A stretch of DNA of 17,442 nucleotides from Pseudomonadota bacterium (GCA_900299205.1 OMIW01000087.1:1-17442), one strand, 5' to 3'; shown: positions 1-9,300, counted from the stretch's first letter. The notes: generated by a model from the letters alone, not told the origin. Numbers and translations: made by a program.

Positions 1-50
1 AACTAAGAGGTGGGCAAGCTCTAGGCAAGGAAGAGGAGGCCAGAGCGGAA

Positions 51-1493
51 TTGAAGAGCCTTCGAGACCAGCGAGATACCCTGAAGGAGACTTTTTCGGA
101 ATTAGTATCTCAAACCGATCCCTCGGGGCTTGAAGAGTCTGCGGAGCAGCAGGAGCTCGACCTTGACAAAGAATTGCGAGCGCTTCTGGGACCGCTCATA
201 AAGGAGCTCAAGGAGCTTACTCGGCGACCTCGGGAGATAGAAAGGATTCGTTCAGATATCGTAAGGGGGCAACTTCGACTCTCTCGGATTGACAAGGCGA
301 TTGAAAACATTGGCATCTCTCGTGCGCAGCTCACGGATAAAGAGGTCCTCGATAAAATCGATGAAGTAGCCGCCTCGTGGGAGGCGCAGAAAAGAGCGAC
401 CTCGACTGATATAGAGATAAATCGCCAGCGACTCCAACAGAAGGAGGCGGAAAAAATATCGCTCTCGGCGGCTTTAGCTGAGTTATTTGGTCTCTTTTTC
501 AGGAGTCGGGGGAGAAATCTTCTCGTTGCCCTAACGGCTGCTGTGCTTTTTTGGGTTCTGGCACTTGAGGTGTGGAGGAGGTCGATGAGGCTTTCCTTTT
601 TTGCTCGTCGTCAAGCCTCCATGCCCATGCGATTCCTTAATCTCGTGGCGATGGGCGGAGTCGGTATGGGCTCCCTTATCATGTTCGCGGTTGTACTTTA
701 TTTTTTCGGTGATTGGGTACTTCTCATCCTCACTATTGCGCTGCTTGTGGGAATTGTGTGGACGTCGAAACAAGCGTTCGCAAGATTTTGGGCGCAGTTG
801 TCTCTGCTGATGAACGTCGGTTCGGTTCGGGAGGGAGAAGTGGTGGTGATAGACCAGCTTCCCTGGATTGTGCAGCGACTCAATCTACACAGCCAGCTGA
901 TAAATCCTCGGCTATCGGGCGGGTTTGTGAGGGTTCCTCTCAACCACCTGCTTTCTCTGCGATCTCGCCCCCTGAATCCCAGGGAAAAGCTCTTTCCAAC
1001 TAAGGAGGGGGACTGGGTAATTTTGGCCGATGATGTACTTGGACGGATAGCTTTGCAGACACCGGAAGTGGTGAGAGTAGACCTTATGGGAGGGGCCTAC
1101 AAAAACTATCCGACACCGTCATTTCTTTCCCTCCATCCACGAGTTCTTTCCCGGGGGTTCCGTTTATCCGAAATATTCGGATTGGATTACCGTCATCAAA
1201 AACAACTGATGGTCGAGATGGTCCCGAAGCTACGAGAATTTATTGAGGAAAAACTGAGGAACTTGGGATTCGGTGAGGATCTCGTTCAGGTATCAGTTGA
1301 GGTGCACTCGGCAGCATCATCGTCCCTCGAACTGATAGTTCTTTGCGATTGTCCGGGAGAATTAGCCGAGCACTACGATAAATTGAAGAGAAGTATCCGA
1401 CGATTTTTTATCGAAGCGTGCAATACGTTCAATTGGACGATACCTTTTGCACAAATGATGCTACATCTCGCGCCACCACGCTCAGAGGGGTGA
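51..1493 (+). CDS. MscS-family (small-conductance mechanosensitive channel)-like membrane protein with N-terminal coiled-coil region. Possibly 5'-partial: the frame is open back to base 3, so the true start may lie upstream of the window.
   Basis: 480-aa ORF. Residues 1-140 are charged heptad-like (ELDLDKELRALLGPLIKELKELTRRPREIERIRSD). Hydrophobic helices follow (LLVALTAAVLFWVLALEVW; FLNLVAMGGVGMGSLIMFAVVLYFFGDWVLLILTIALLVGIVW). The segment KEGDWVILADDVLGRIALQTPEVVRVDLMGGAYKNYPTPSFLS resembles the MscS beta-domain signature (GDW[IV]..G..G.V..I....T.i.....PN). A TTG at 51 is preceded by GAGGAGG at 33-39 (11-nt spacer), so it is a plausible start, but no in-frame stop occurs upstream within the window. 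Confidence 0.6.
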   Translation: MKSLRDQRDTLKETFSELVSQTDPSGLEESAEQQELDLDKELRALLGPLIKELKELTRRPREIERIRSDIVRGQLRLSRIDKAIENIGISRAQLTDKEVLDKIDEVAASWEAQKRATSTDIEINRQRLQQKEAEKISLSAALAELFGLFFRSRGRNLLVALTAAVLFWVLALEVWRRSMRLSFFARRQASMPMRFLNLVAMGGVGMGSLIMFAVVLYFFGDWVLLILTIALLVGIVWTSKQAFARFWAQLSLLMNVGSVREGEVVVIDQLPWIVQRLNLHSQLINPRLSGGFVRVPLNHLLSLRSRPLNPREKLFPTKEGDWVILADDVLGRIALQTPEVVRVDLMGGAYKNYPTPSFLSLHPRVLSRGFRLSEIFGLDYRHQKQLMVEMVPKLREFIEEKLRNLGFGEDLVQVSVEVHSAASSSLELIVLCDCPGELAEHYDKLKRSIRRFFIEACNTFNWTIPFAQMMLHLAPPRSEG

Positions 1494-1613
1494 GCCAGTA
1501 ATGGCTCAGTGGAAGTAGGGTGGCGTTTCATTGCGGCGGCGACTGAGGCTAATAGTAAGCTACTAGTATCTCAGCTTATTTAGTGCTCTGCCCCTCAAAA
1601 TGATGATGCACGG

Positions 1614-1645
1614 CATATTTTTTTAGCTAAAGCCCAAAAAATATG
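1614..1645. promoter_or_regulatory. Perfect 10-bp inverted repeat with a 12-bp spacer upstream of the kinase gene. Candidate operator, in the AT-rich putative promoter region.
   Basis: CATATTTTTT (1614-1623) ... AAAAAATATG (1636-1645), spacer TAGCTAAAGCCC, lying 60-90 bp upstream of the GTG at 1705. A two-half-site geometry is typical of dimeric transcription-factor sites. The all-A/T stem makes a terminator unlikely. Confidence 0.25.
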
Positions 1646-1704
1646 CGGAATAGGGTCAAATCGAGTCGATAAACGAGGTAACCAAATGATTTGTGGGCTA
1701 ATCG

Positions 1705-2841
1705 GTGGGAAAAGATGTGTATGAGATCCTTTCGGACTCACCCAACAAACGGGATGGTTCTACCAATCAGGATCTAAACATTCTTGAGCCGGGTACTCTT
1801 ATCGGCAGAGTGTACCGGATTTTGCGCTGCCTTGAGATTGGCAGGATGGGGGTGGTGTATGTATCGGAAGTTCTTGAGGATGATGTCTCCCCACCTCCCT
1901 TGGTCGTCATCAAAATGCTTTTTCCCTCGATTGTCGCCGACGGAGAGAGTAACCCCCTCTTTGTCAGGTTTCACCGTGAAGTCGATGCGCTCTTCAGAGT
2001 CGCTCATCCAAATGTAGTCGGGGCTCTTCAGTTCATAGGCGTCGACAATCATGTCGGATACTCAATGGAGTATGTCGACGGAGGCGATCTTTCCCGAATC
2101 CTCGCCTCTCAGGGGCCATTCGACGAACAAAAATCCATAGAAGTGCTCACGCAGATCGCGAGGGGCCTTGAAGCAATTCACAGAGCGGGAGTTATTCATC
2201 GAGACCTGAAGCCGGAGAATATCCTTGTTACCCGACAAGGGGAGCCTAAGATCTCCGATTTTGGTGTCGCATATTGTGGGTATGGGCAAAGACTAACCAC
2301 GAGAGGGTCGATTGTCGGCACTCTTTCGTATCTATCCCCAGAATATCTAGAGAAGGGGATAGTTCTCCGTCAAGGGGATGTCTATGCTCTAGGGGCTATC
2401 GGTTATGAAATGCTTATTGGAGAGCCACCTTTTTGGGGACTGAGTCTTTGTGAGACGATCGAATCAAAGGTATCTCGTCCCCCTCCTGACCCACGAGAAA
2501 AAAGGAGTGCTGTATCGAGAGCCCTCTCCGAGATCATAATGAAAGCCCTTGCGACTAACGTTGATGCACGATTTCGGACCGCCAGCGAATTCTGTGATGC
2601 GTTAAAGATGTTAGTCGGGACACCGGTAACTTCTCCACGAAGTAGGCACCTTCTGGACTCTGGGGATACCGTCAAAGAAATCGAGGCCAAATTAAATGAC
2701 GACAATGACGCTTCCGCTCCGATTGAAGTAGGTCAGGCTCCCTCAAGCGCTACGAATATTCAAGAGATTACCTATTGGCTCTCAATTCTGCTTGTCGCTA
2801 TCCTAGGGGGCTTAATAATATTCTTGGCTTTGTCGCGATAA
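1705..2841 (+). CDS. Hanks-type serine/threonine protein kinase with a C-terminal transmembrane tail anchor
   Basis: 378-aa ORF with a GTG start at 1705 (an alternative GTG lies at 1717). Kinase subdomains are readable: Gly-loop LEIGRMGVVYV, invariant Lys in VVIKML, catalytic loop HRDLKPENILV, DFG in ISDFGVA, activation/P+1 GTLSYLSPE, subdomain IX DVYALGAIGYEMLIG. A single hydrophobic helix sits at the extreme C-terminus (ITYWLSILLVAILGGLIIFLALSR), leaving only two residues beyond the membrane. Confidence 0.85.
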   Translation: MGKDVYEILSDSPNKRDGSTNQDLNILEPGTLIGRVYRILRCLEIGRMGVVYVSEVLEDDVSPPPLVVIKMLFPSIVADGESNPLFVRFHREVDALFRVAHPNVVGALQFIGVDNHVGYSMEYVDGGDLSRILASQGPFDEQKSIEVLTQIARGLEAIHRAGVIHRDLKPENILVTRQGEPKISDFGVAYCGYGQRLTTRGSIVGTLSYLSPEYLEKGIVLRQGDVYALGAIGYEMLIGEPPFWGLSLCETIESKVSRPPPDPREKRSAVSRALSEIIMKALATNVDARFRTASEFCDALKMLVGTPVTSPRSRHLLDSGDTVKEIEAKLNDDNDASAPIEVGQAPSSATNIQEITYWLSILLVAILGGLIIFLALSR

Positions 2842-3074
2842 TTTGCGAGTCGCACCAAAAAGCTCTTATCGCTTTGATGGAAACAAATTTTCCCTTGCAC
2901 CCCAAAGTGCTCTCACTCAAAATCAAGGGGTCAGTTTTCACAAGAGGAAGAAGAGGCATGGTCTGATCAGTGCTTTGGCGAAGCCAAACTCATCATGAGC
3001 AGAAGGAATAATAAAGATGGCGGATGCCATCTCCTCGGCTATTTCTTGCACCTTTGAATCGGTAAGAAGGCGTC

Positions 3075-4613
3075 GTGAGGGACATTCCCGTGAGATTGAG
3101 AAGCCCTTTTATATTCGTTCGAATCGCCGATTATTGTCGCTGGTGTGTGCTGTTATTTCTTTTGGTTGCCACGCTGCGGTGCGATGCGAGCCCGTCCTCT
3201 GATCCAGAAATTCTTGCTCGCCGAGGCATCTCCGCTCCTGTTAGTTCTGACGGTGAGCAGCTGGTACCGGAGCTCACCCTTGAGAGCCCGATTGGTGGAT
3301 GGACCTCCTCTCAGATGTTGGATATTCGGGGTCGATGTAGCGATGAAACCGTCAATCCAATCGTCGTTAATATTAACGGTGCTCGGTATCTTGTTTCTCC
3401 CAATACTGACGGTGCTTTCGCCCGCTCATTTCCCGCATCACAGGGCAGGAATACCGTTGAGGTCATCTGTCAGAATACCAAAGGAGTCGCACGACAGATT
3501 CGCTCTCTGTATGTTCAAACTGCCCCTCTTCCCCTCAAGGTAGTCCTTACCAGCGATACGGATGGGGTCTACACAGACTTACATGTTTATGAGCCAAATG
3601 GGGCGCATGTCTATTGGGCCCAAACAAAATCTCCTAGTGGCGGATTGTTTTTTCTCAATACGCAGGGGGACAATTTTGATAAACCGGGATACGGTCCCTA
3701 TTTATACGCTCATCCTGCCCCACCTATCGGCGTGTATCAAATCGACGCGAACTATTGGCCTGGAGGAGCCGTTCAGCACACCCTGGGTAATCTTGAGATT
3801 ATCACTAATGAGGGGACTCCTCAGGAATCTCGAAGGCGAGTGCAACGGCCTCTCGCACGACCAGGTGAGACGGCGACTCTTGCCTTCGTGATCATGCGAG
3901 GAATCGCCCAGAGCCCTGTCATTTATGTGCCCGGACAGGACTCCGAGGCGACTATGCCACCCGAGATCGCCAAGTACCGGCAGGAACATCCTCCATCAAC
4001 AGGAGGGGAGTATGCATCCCTACCTCTCAATGACAAAAGTCACCTAAGGGAAGCTGTCGTCGGAGTAGCTCTCGCTCAAGCAAAAGCGTTTAGCCCCCTC
4101 TGGGAACCATCGCAGCGAGATTGCGCCGGCCTCGTTCGGTTCGCCTTCCGTGAGGCGCTCAAGCCAAGAACGCTTGAACAGCGGGTTAAGCTTGGTTTGC
4201 CATCCCAGCTCACGTTTCCGCCAGTGTCGATTATGGCTCGACTTCACTTCCCCGAATATCCACGATTATGGCGGCAGGGAAACGGCACCCACGGAGCCTT
4301 CGCAGACAGTGAGATCTTGATTGGGCATAATTTTCTCCCGATAGGTCGATCGGTTGAAGAGGCACAGAATGGCGATATCCTGGCTTATGCGAAGTCATTC
4401 ACGACGGATGATCCGTTACATCTCATGATAGTAGCGCGGTCTCCCCACGGGGGACTGATGACGGTGTATCATAATGGAGCTCGCGCCCCGCACGGGGCGG
4501 TACGGGTCGTGCGCATCGGTGAGCTTGATACGGCTGATGATGAAACCTGGAGACCGGTCGCGGCAAATCCTCATTTCTTAGGAGTCTATCGGTGGAAACC
4601 CCTCATGGGCTGA
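3075..4613 (+). CDS. Secreted protein. It has an N-terminal signal peptide, a central beta-rich domain (possibly DUF2135/YfaP-like), and a C-terminal papain-fold-like domain with NlpC/P60- or DUF1175 (YfaT)-like Cys/His signatures.
   Basis: 512-aa ORF with a GTG start at 3075, preceded by AAGAAGG at 3064-3070. N-terminus has a hydrophobic h-region CVLLFLLVATLRCDASP. C-terminal ~190 aa carry RDCAGLVRFAFREAL (Cys codon 4122-4124), as in the DCSGLV catalytic-Cys block of NlpC/P60. Later NGDILAYAKSF...PLHLMIVARSPHGGLMTVYHNG (His codon 4419-4421) fits the GDLvff...HvgIY.G.g..iHa pattern. The stop at 4611-4613 overlaps the next gene's start. Confidence 0.6.
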   Translation: MRDIPVRLRSPFIFVRIADYCRWCVLLFLLVATLRCDASPSSDPEILARRGISAPVSSDGEQLVPELTLESPIGGWTSSQMLDIRGRCSDETVNPIVVNINGARYLVSPNTDGAFARSFPASQGRNTVEVICQNTKGVARQIRSLYVQTAPLPLKVVLTSDTDGVYTDLHVYEPNGAHVYWAQTKSPSGGLFFLNTQGDNFDKPGYGPYLYAHPAPPIGVYQIDANYWPGGAVQHTLGNLEIITNEGTPQESRRRVQRPLARPGETATLAFVIMRGIAQSPVIYVPGQDSEATMPPEIAKYRQEHPPSTGGEYASLPLNDKSHLREAVVGVALAQAKAFSPLWEPSQRDCAGLVRFAFREALKPRTLEQRVKLGLPSQLTFPPVSIMARLHFPEYPRLWRQGNGTHGAFADSEILIGHNFLPIGRSVEEAQNGDILAYAKSFTTDDPLHLMIVARSPHGGLMTVYHNGARAPHGAVRVVRIGELDTADDETWRPVAANPHFLGVYRWKPLMG

Positions 4614-6304
4614 ATCGTGTTGTGGTAGATCGCCGAAAGTGGATATTTTCAGCGATATTGCTGGTCGCCACTGTGTTGGCCGGTTCCGCGATATATGGGG
4701 TTCCTCGACTAACCGATTTCGGTCCCTTAGTGAGTGCTCTTCCTTCATCGATAGTCTACCAACCCGTATCCATAGTGCTCGATGGTAATCCTTGGGACCT
4801 GCCTGGGGCGGAGACTAAAGGTGAGACCGATAAACCGCGAGCTTCTCCTTCCGTTTCCTCTGCGGGAGGGGCGACTGCAACACTCCCCGAGGTGCCGACA
4901 TCAGGCACAGTTGAAACTGAGACCTGGGAGCTGGAAAGTAAATCATCGATCATTTCGGCTGAAATCGTCTCACCACGGCGTGTGATCAGTGCCGGTGAGT
5001 ATCTGTTCTCGGATGCCGGCCCTTTTGGTCCTAAGCTGGCTCCCTTGGTGCGAGCTGAAGTAGGCACATTGATAACCTCATATGAGCGCTCGCTTCTCTC
5101 GTTTTCTCCTGATGGCAGATTGCTGTTGACCGCATTGAAGCTTGGAGCAGTCAGTGGTTCGCAATTAGTCGTTACCTTCAACGATGAAAACGCGTCTGTT
5201 GCCTTCTTGGTGCCTCGTCGTGGAGCCCGATTGTTTAGTGCATTTCTGCGAGCGGTTATCCAATTATCAGCGCGCAAAGCATTCTCGCTCAGGAATGGTT
5301 CGGTGATTATAGAGGCGCGCATCGGACGAAGCACCGTTGGAATAGCGGAGACCGAGCAGTGGTATGTGATAGGCTCAACACCTCGCTCGGTAGCGCAGGC
5401 GTTGATTGATTCTCCGCCTGGGACTCAAACTCATAAGGTCAAGGGGGATGTCGTTATTTCGATCTGTGGTGAGGGACGACTAGGTGGGGCATTGCTGCGT
5501 ACCTTGACCGGCAGTGAACGATATCAGGTAGCCGTTGGAGTGGACCTGCGGATTCCATCACAGCCGAAGCTCACAGCTCTCCTTCCACCTGCCCGCATTT
5601 TTTCCGCGCTCTCTCGCCCTGTTCCCATTTCCCTCTTGCGATCAATTCCACACGACGTTGGAGTTGGGATTATTTCCTCCATTCCGATGCCTCTGAGTGC
5701 GGTAAGTGCTCAGTGGGTTAGTTTGGCCCGTGGTGAATCGTCGCTCTTGGAGCTACCTGCGGCCGATGGCGTAGGGCTTGTCTGGGATATTAATGCGGAC
5801 GACTCGGTTGCGGCAATTACGGTTGCTGTTCCTTCTGAACGCCCGGATGGAGTCGAAGAGACGTTCTGGCGGAAGGACCTTCCGCGAGGAAGTTGTGGTG
5901 CAAATTCTGTTCAAATTTATGCGACGACTACCTCCCTGTACCAGAGCATTCGAGAGTCGTGCGATGGTGCGTCTTTATCACTCGCATCTTCCCTTGATTT
6001 AACGGCTGCAGAGAATTCATCGCAGCTGGTAATAACTGTTCAGCCGAGTCAGATTCTGGCTGGTATCATTGACCAGGGAACCCCCAAATTTCCGAAAAGT
6101 ATTGGGTGGCAAAGGTCATGGCAGAGGAGAGCAGGTGCAAATCCATCATCAATGGAGGAAGTAAAGGTTCTGGTCAAGGATCTGATACCGTTGATGGAGG
6201 GCGCCCTGAGTAGATTGCCAGCGATTGTATTTTCGGGCAACAAGGGGAGTGATGGCTTCGTATGGTTGACATCGCGCATGAAGAGTCCGAAGCGGAGTGG
6301 ATGA
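4592..6304 (+). CDS. Periplasmic protein anchored by one N-terminal TM helix. No recognisable catalytic motif. Candidate accessory protein of the macroglobulin operon (size and topology reminiscent of YfaA/MagB-type partners).
   Basis: 570-aa ORF with a GTG start at 4592, with AGGAG at 4580-4584 (7-nt spacer). Its start overlaps the upstream stop by 22 nt. The N-terminal segment RRKWIFSAILLVATVLAGSAIYGV is a signal-anchor-type helix. The remainder is Ser/Gly/Ala/Val-rich and beta-like. Its stop at 6302-6304 is 2 nt before the ATG at 6307 of the macroglobulin gene. Confidence 0.7.
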   Translation: METPHGLNRVVVDRRKWIFSAILLVATVLAGSAIYGVPRLTDFGPLVSALPSSIVYQPVSIVLDGNPWDLPGAETKGETDKPRASPSVSSAGGATATLPEVPTSGTVETETWELESKSSIISAEIVSPRRVISAGEYLFSDAGPFGPKLAPLVRAEVGTLITSYERSLLSFSPDGRLLLTALKLGAVSGSQLVVTFNDENASVAFLVPRRGARLFSAFLRAVIQLSARKAFSLRNGSVIIEARIGRSTVGIAETEQWYVIGSTPRSVAQALIDSPPGTQTHKVKGDVVISICGEGRLGGALLRTLTGSERYQVAVGVDLRIPSQPKLTALLPPARIFSALSRPVPISLLRSIPHDVGVGIISSIPMPLSAVSAQWVSLARGESSLLELPAADGVGLVWDINADDSVAAITVAVPSERPDGVEETFWRKDLPRGSCGANSVQIYATTTSLYQSIRESCDGASLSLASSLDLTAAENSSQLVITVQPSQILAGIIDQGTPKFPKSIGWQRSWQRRAGANPSSMEEVKVLVKDLIPLMEGALSRLPAIVFSGNKGSDGFVWLTSRMKSPKRSG

Positions 6305-9300
6305 GTATGACTGAAAGGGATGAGCCGATGAGCATGAGCGGCGATACTAATCGATCATCAATCGCTTTCGGTAGAATCGGTCAGCAGTGTGCCATGGGCA
6401 GGGTACCCAATGCCCTAAGGTTTTTTATCCTTTTTGGGATTCTTGCTCTGGCTACGGCCGTAAGGGCTGATAGCCCCTTTTACCTAACGGTTTCTCGCTC
6501 CATGAGCGAAAAAGAGCCGGTGCAGATCCGTCTCGATTCATCTGACAATCAATCTCCATTTCTTCTCCGTATTCTTAAGGCATCAGATGTTGACGCCTAT
6601 CTTGATGGCCAAGTGATGTTGAGTCGAGCATATGAGCCGCCGACAACGATTCCCAGTTTGTTGCGGGTTTTCGTTGATGGAGCGAATAAGGCAGTTTCTC
6701 CCCTGACGACTCTGAAGTCAGCGCTGGATAAAGATTTTCGGCGAGCACTTCACGATAGCGTTTCTCCACCTTTGCGCCGCTTCTCATCGGAACCGTTCGT
6801 GGGACCACCATCGATCAGGTATGACCCCCCTAAAGGTTTTTCTATTATTCGACAAACGTACCTTGATTTGTCGACTAGCGGCAAAAAAGCGGATGATGCT
6901 TGGTGGTGGTTTGGCGAAACCCCGTGGGCGATGCCAGAGCAGGCTGGTTATCGAACAAGAGTCATATACATAGATCCCCTGCCACCGGGGCTTTACACTG
7001 TTCAGGGAATTCAAGGAGATAATGAAGCTCAGGCGTTACTGCAAGTTAGTGCGTTATCGGTACAGGTAAAACAGTCAAGTAAGGATCTGCTCATTCGTAT
7101 AATGAACAGAGAAGGGCACCCAGTTTCGGGCGTGACGGCTCGAATTCGCGGGCGGTCTGGATCATGGGAATCGATATCAGGAGTCTCGAATCAGGACGGT
7201 GAGCTGACGGTGACCCGTTCAGAGCCCTTCGATGGACGGCTCGTTGTTCAGGTACATTCAGGATTGTATGGGGATGCTCTGGTAACAACTGATTTCCTCG
7301 CGTCGAGTCACGAGGTTCAGGATGCATTTATCTTTACAGATCGCCCAATTATCAAGCCCGGTGAAGAAGTATTCTTTGGGGGGATTGTCAGAAACTTTCG
7401 CGATGGTCGGCTGGAGGCAGGGACAACTGGAAGCGCGGGGTCGATGACCCTAAAAAACGGAGACTCGACCATTGGTCCTTTGCCAATAACGGTTTCGCCT
7501 GAGGGTAGCTTCAGTGGCATGGTTCCTCTGCCATCAGATGCGATACCGGGGCTGTATCGAGTTACCGCGACTCTCGATGAAAAGCGATATCAGGGGGAGG
7601 TGCGGATTCAGGAGTATGTGAAGCCTAGCTTTTATCTGACATTTGTTGAAAAACCGGCAACATTAATGCCGGGCCAGAATGTTCGATTGGTGTTGTCAGC
7701 GCAACGGTACCGCGGTGGACCTGCTCACCATGTCCGCTATGAGGTTTTTGTTTATAGGAAGCGATTTGAAACGCCTCAATTCGTTGCTGATGCTGGCGGA
7801 GGATTGGTGACGGGGAGCGACTATTACAACGATGTCCGAAGTGGTTCTGCTCTGACTCAGCCACAGCGAGTTTATAGCACCGTCGATAAGCGGATTCAGG
7901 ATGATTCAACCGGGGCAGTGTCATTGAATCCCTGGGCAAGCAGTCCCCTGATGGATGACTTGGGAAAAGCCACCATTGAATTTGTCATTCCTGAGGTACC
8001 TCAGGAGCAAGTGAACGAACAAGGGGGACAGGAGTGGATATATACAATCGTGGTGCGTGCTCAGGATGATGAAGGGGGTAATGCAACTGCATCTGAAAGT
8101 ATATATGTCACCAAAAGTTTGGCATACGCTGCGGCTGGCTTTGCAAAGACCTTCTATGATGAGGGAGATCTTGCGGTTCCATTATCCATCCAGACCTCCA
8201 ATGCTTCCGGCGATTCTGTGGGGCTCGCGAAAGGAGAGGTCCGATGTACCTTGGAGGGAATTGAGGGGAACGAGAATCCCCTACAAACGATACCGTTTGT
8301 GACTGACGACAAAGGTTCAGCGTTAGTATCGATTCCTCTTCACCGAGGTGAGCGAGGAGTGCTGCGAGCTTATCCGAAGGTTACTCAGGTAGAAGACCGG
8401 CCGAATCCATCGCCAATTGAGCCCGACCCAAGTCAGACGATTATCGTTGGTAAAAAAAATGAAAAGATAGTGAAAGAGCCGGTGCTCAATCTGATTCAGT
8501 CGCGTTCGGTATTGTCACCCGGTGAGCACGACACGCTCGTCGCACTCCTTCCTGAGGGTGCGCTTCTTGGTGAACGTCAACGTATGTGGGTATCGGTTGC
8601 AGGACGCAAAATATATGATCGTATGAGCATTCCCCTGAGCGGATCGACACTGAGTATTCCTATTAAAGCAAAGCCGGAGTATGGGACTGCTTTCTATGTC
8701 TCGGTGGCATTGCCGGTCGCGGAAGGACGCTTTGAGGAGCGCACGGTTAGTTATCGGATCGTTCCGAAAGATCAGCTTCTGAGGGTTGAGGTGGCACCTG
8801 AGATTGATGTGGTGGCTCCGTTGCAAGATGCCGCGATTGTCCTCAAGGTGACTGATTCCGAGGGAACGCCGGTGCCTCAGGTCGAAACCTTTACCTCCGT
8901 GGTTGATGAGGCGGTGTACGCCGTTCAGCCTGAGTTCCGACCAACGCTTCTTTCATTCTTTCTCCCCATCGATCGACTCAACGTGAGTTCATTCCTATCC
9001 GATGAACTTCAGGGATATGGGTATGCAGACCGCTTCTTTCGAGCGAACTATCGACTCCATGCATTGAAGGTTCAAAATCAGCCCAAGGATAGGTTGATGC
9101 GGGATACCGCTGGCTTCTTTCCTCATCGCATCACGGATGCAAACGGTGAGGTGCGGATTGTGGTTCCCATGCCATCAAATGTAACGAAGTGGCGGGTTTC
9201 CTCGTTGGCAATCGATCGGTCTGGGAGATTGGGCGAGGGGCGGGGCTACTTCTCCACCAAGAGCGATATCTCCGTAGAGGCTCGGGTCCCTTCGTTTCTT

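Noticed and set aside
2842-3074. Small hairpins after the kinase stop (AAAGC-N7-GCTTT at ~2862-2878; TTTGGC-gaa-GCCAAA at 2974-2988; GATGGC-ggat-GCCATC at ~3015-3030), considered as terminators
   Set aside because: The stems are short and none is followed by a U-tract. The 230-bp gap more likely holds the promoter of the macroglobulin operon. They are left as unassigned structure.
3113-3124. GTTCGAATCGCC string resembling a tRNA T-loop
   Set aside because: The flanking bases do not form a T-stem, and no acceptor or D-arm could be built around it. It sits inside the signal-peptide-coding start of a CDS.
3145-3543. 132-aa plus-strand ORF in an alternative frame, overlapping the start of the 512-aa secreted-protein gene
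   Set aside because: It overlaps the better-supported frame, which has a signal peptide and continues into the papain-like domain. It has no independent RBS, and its composition is hydrophobic and low-complexity.
4756-5334. 192-aa minus-strand ORF, together with the other long antisense ORFs 11700-12257 (185 aa), 12184-12774 (196 aa), 12443-12913 (156 aa), 15452-15991 (179 aa), 11074-11523 (149 aa) and 9852-10199 (115 aa)
   Set aside because: All lie wholly inside, and antisense to, well-supported plus-strand genes with clear domain signatures. Their products are low-complexity Arg/Ser/Pro-rich strings typical of shadow ORFs in moderate-GC DNA.
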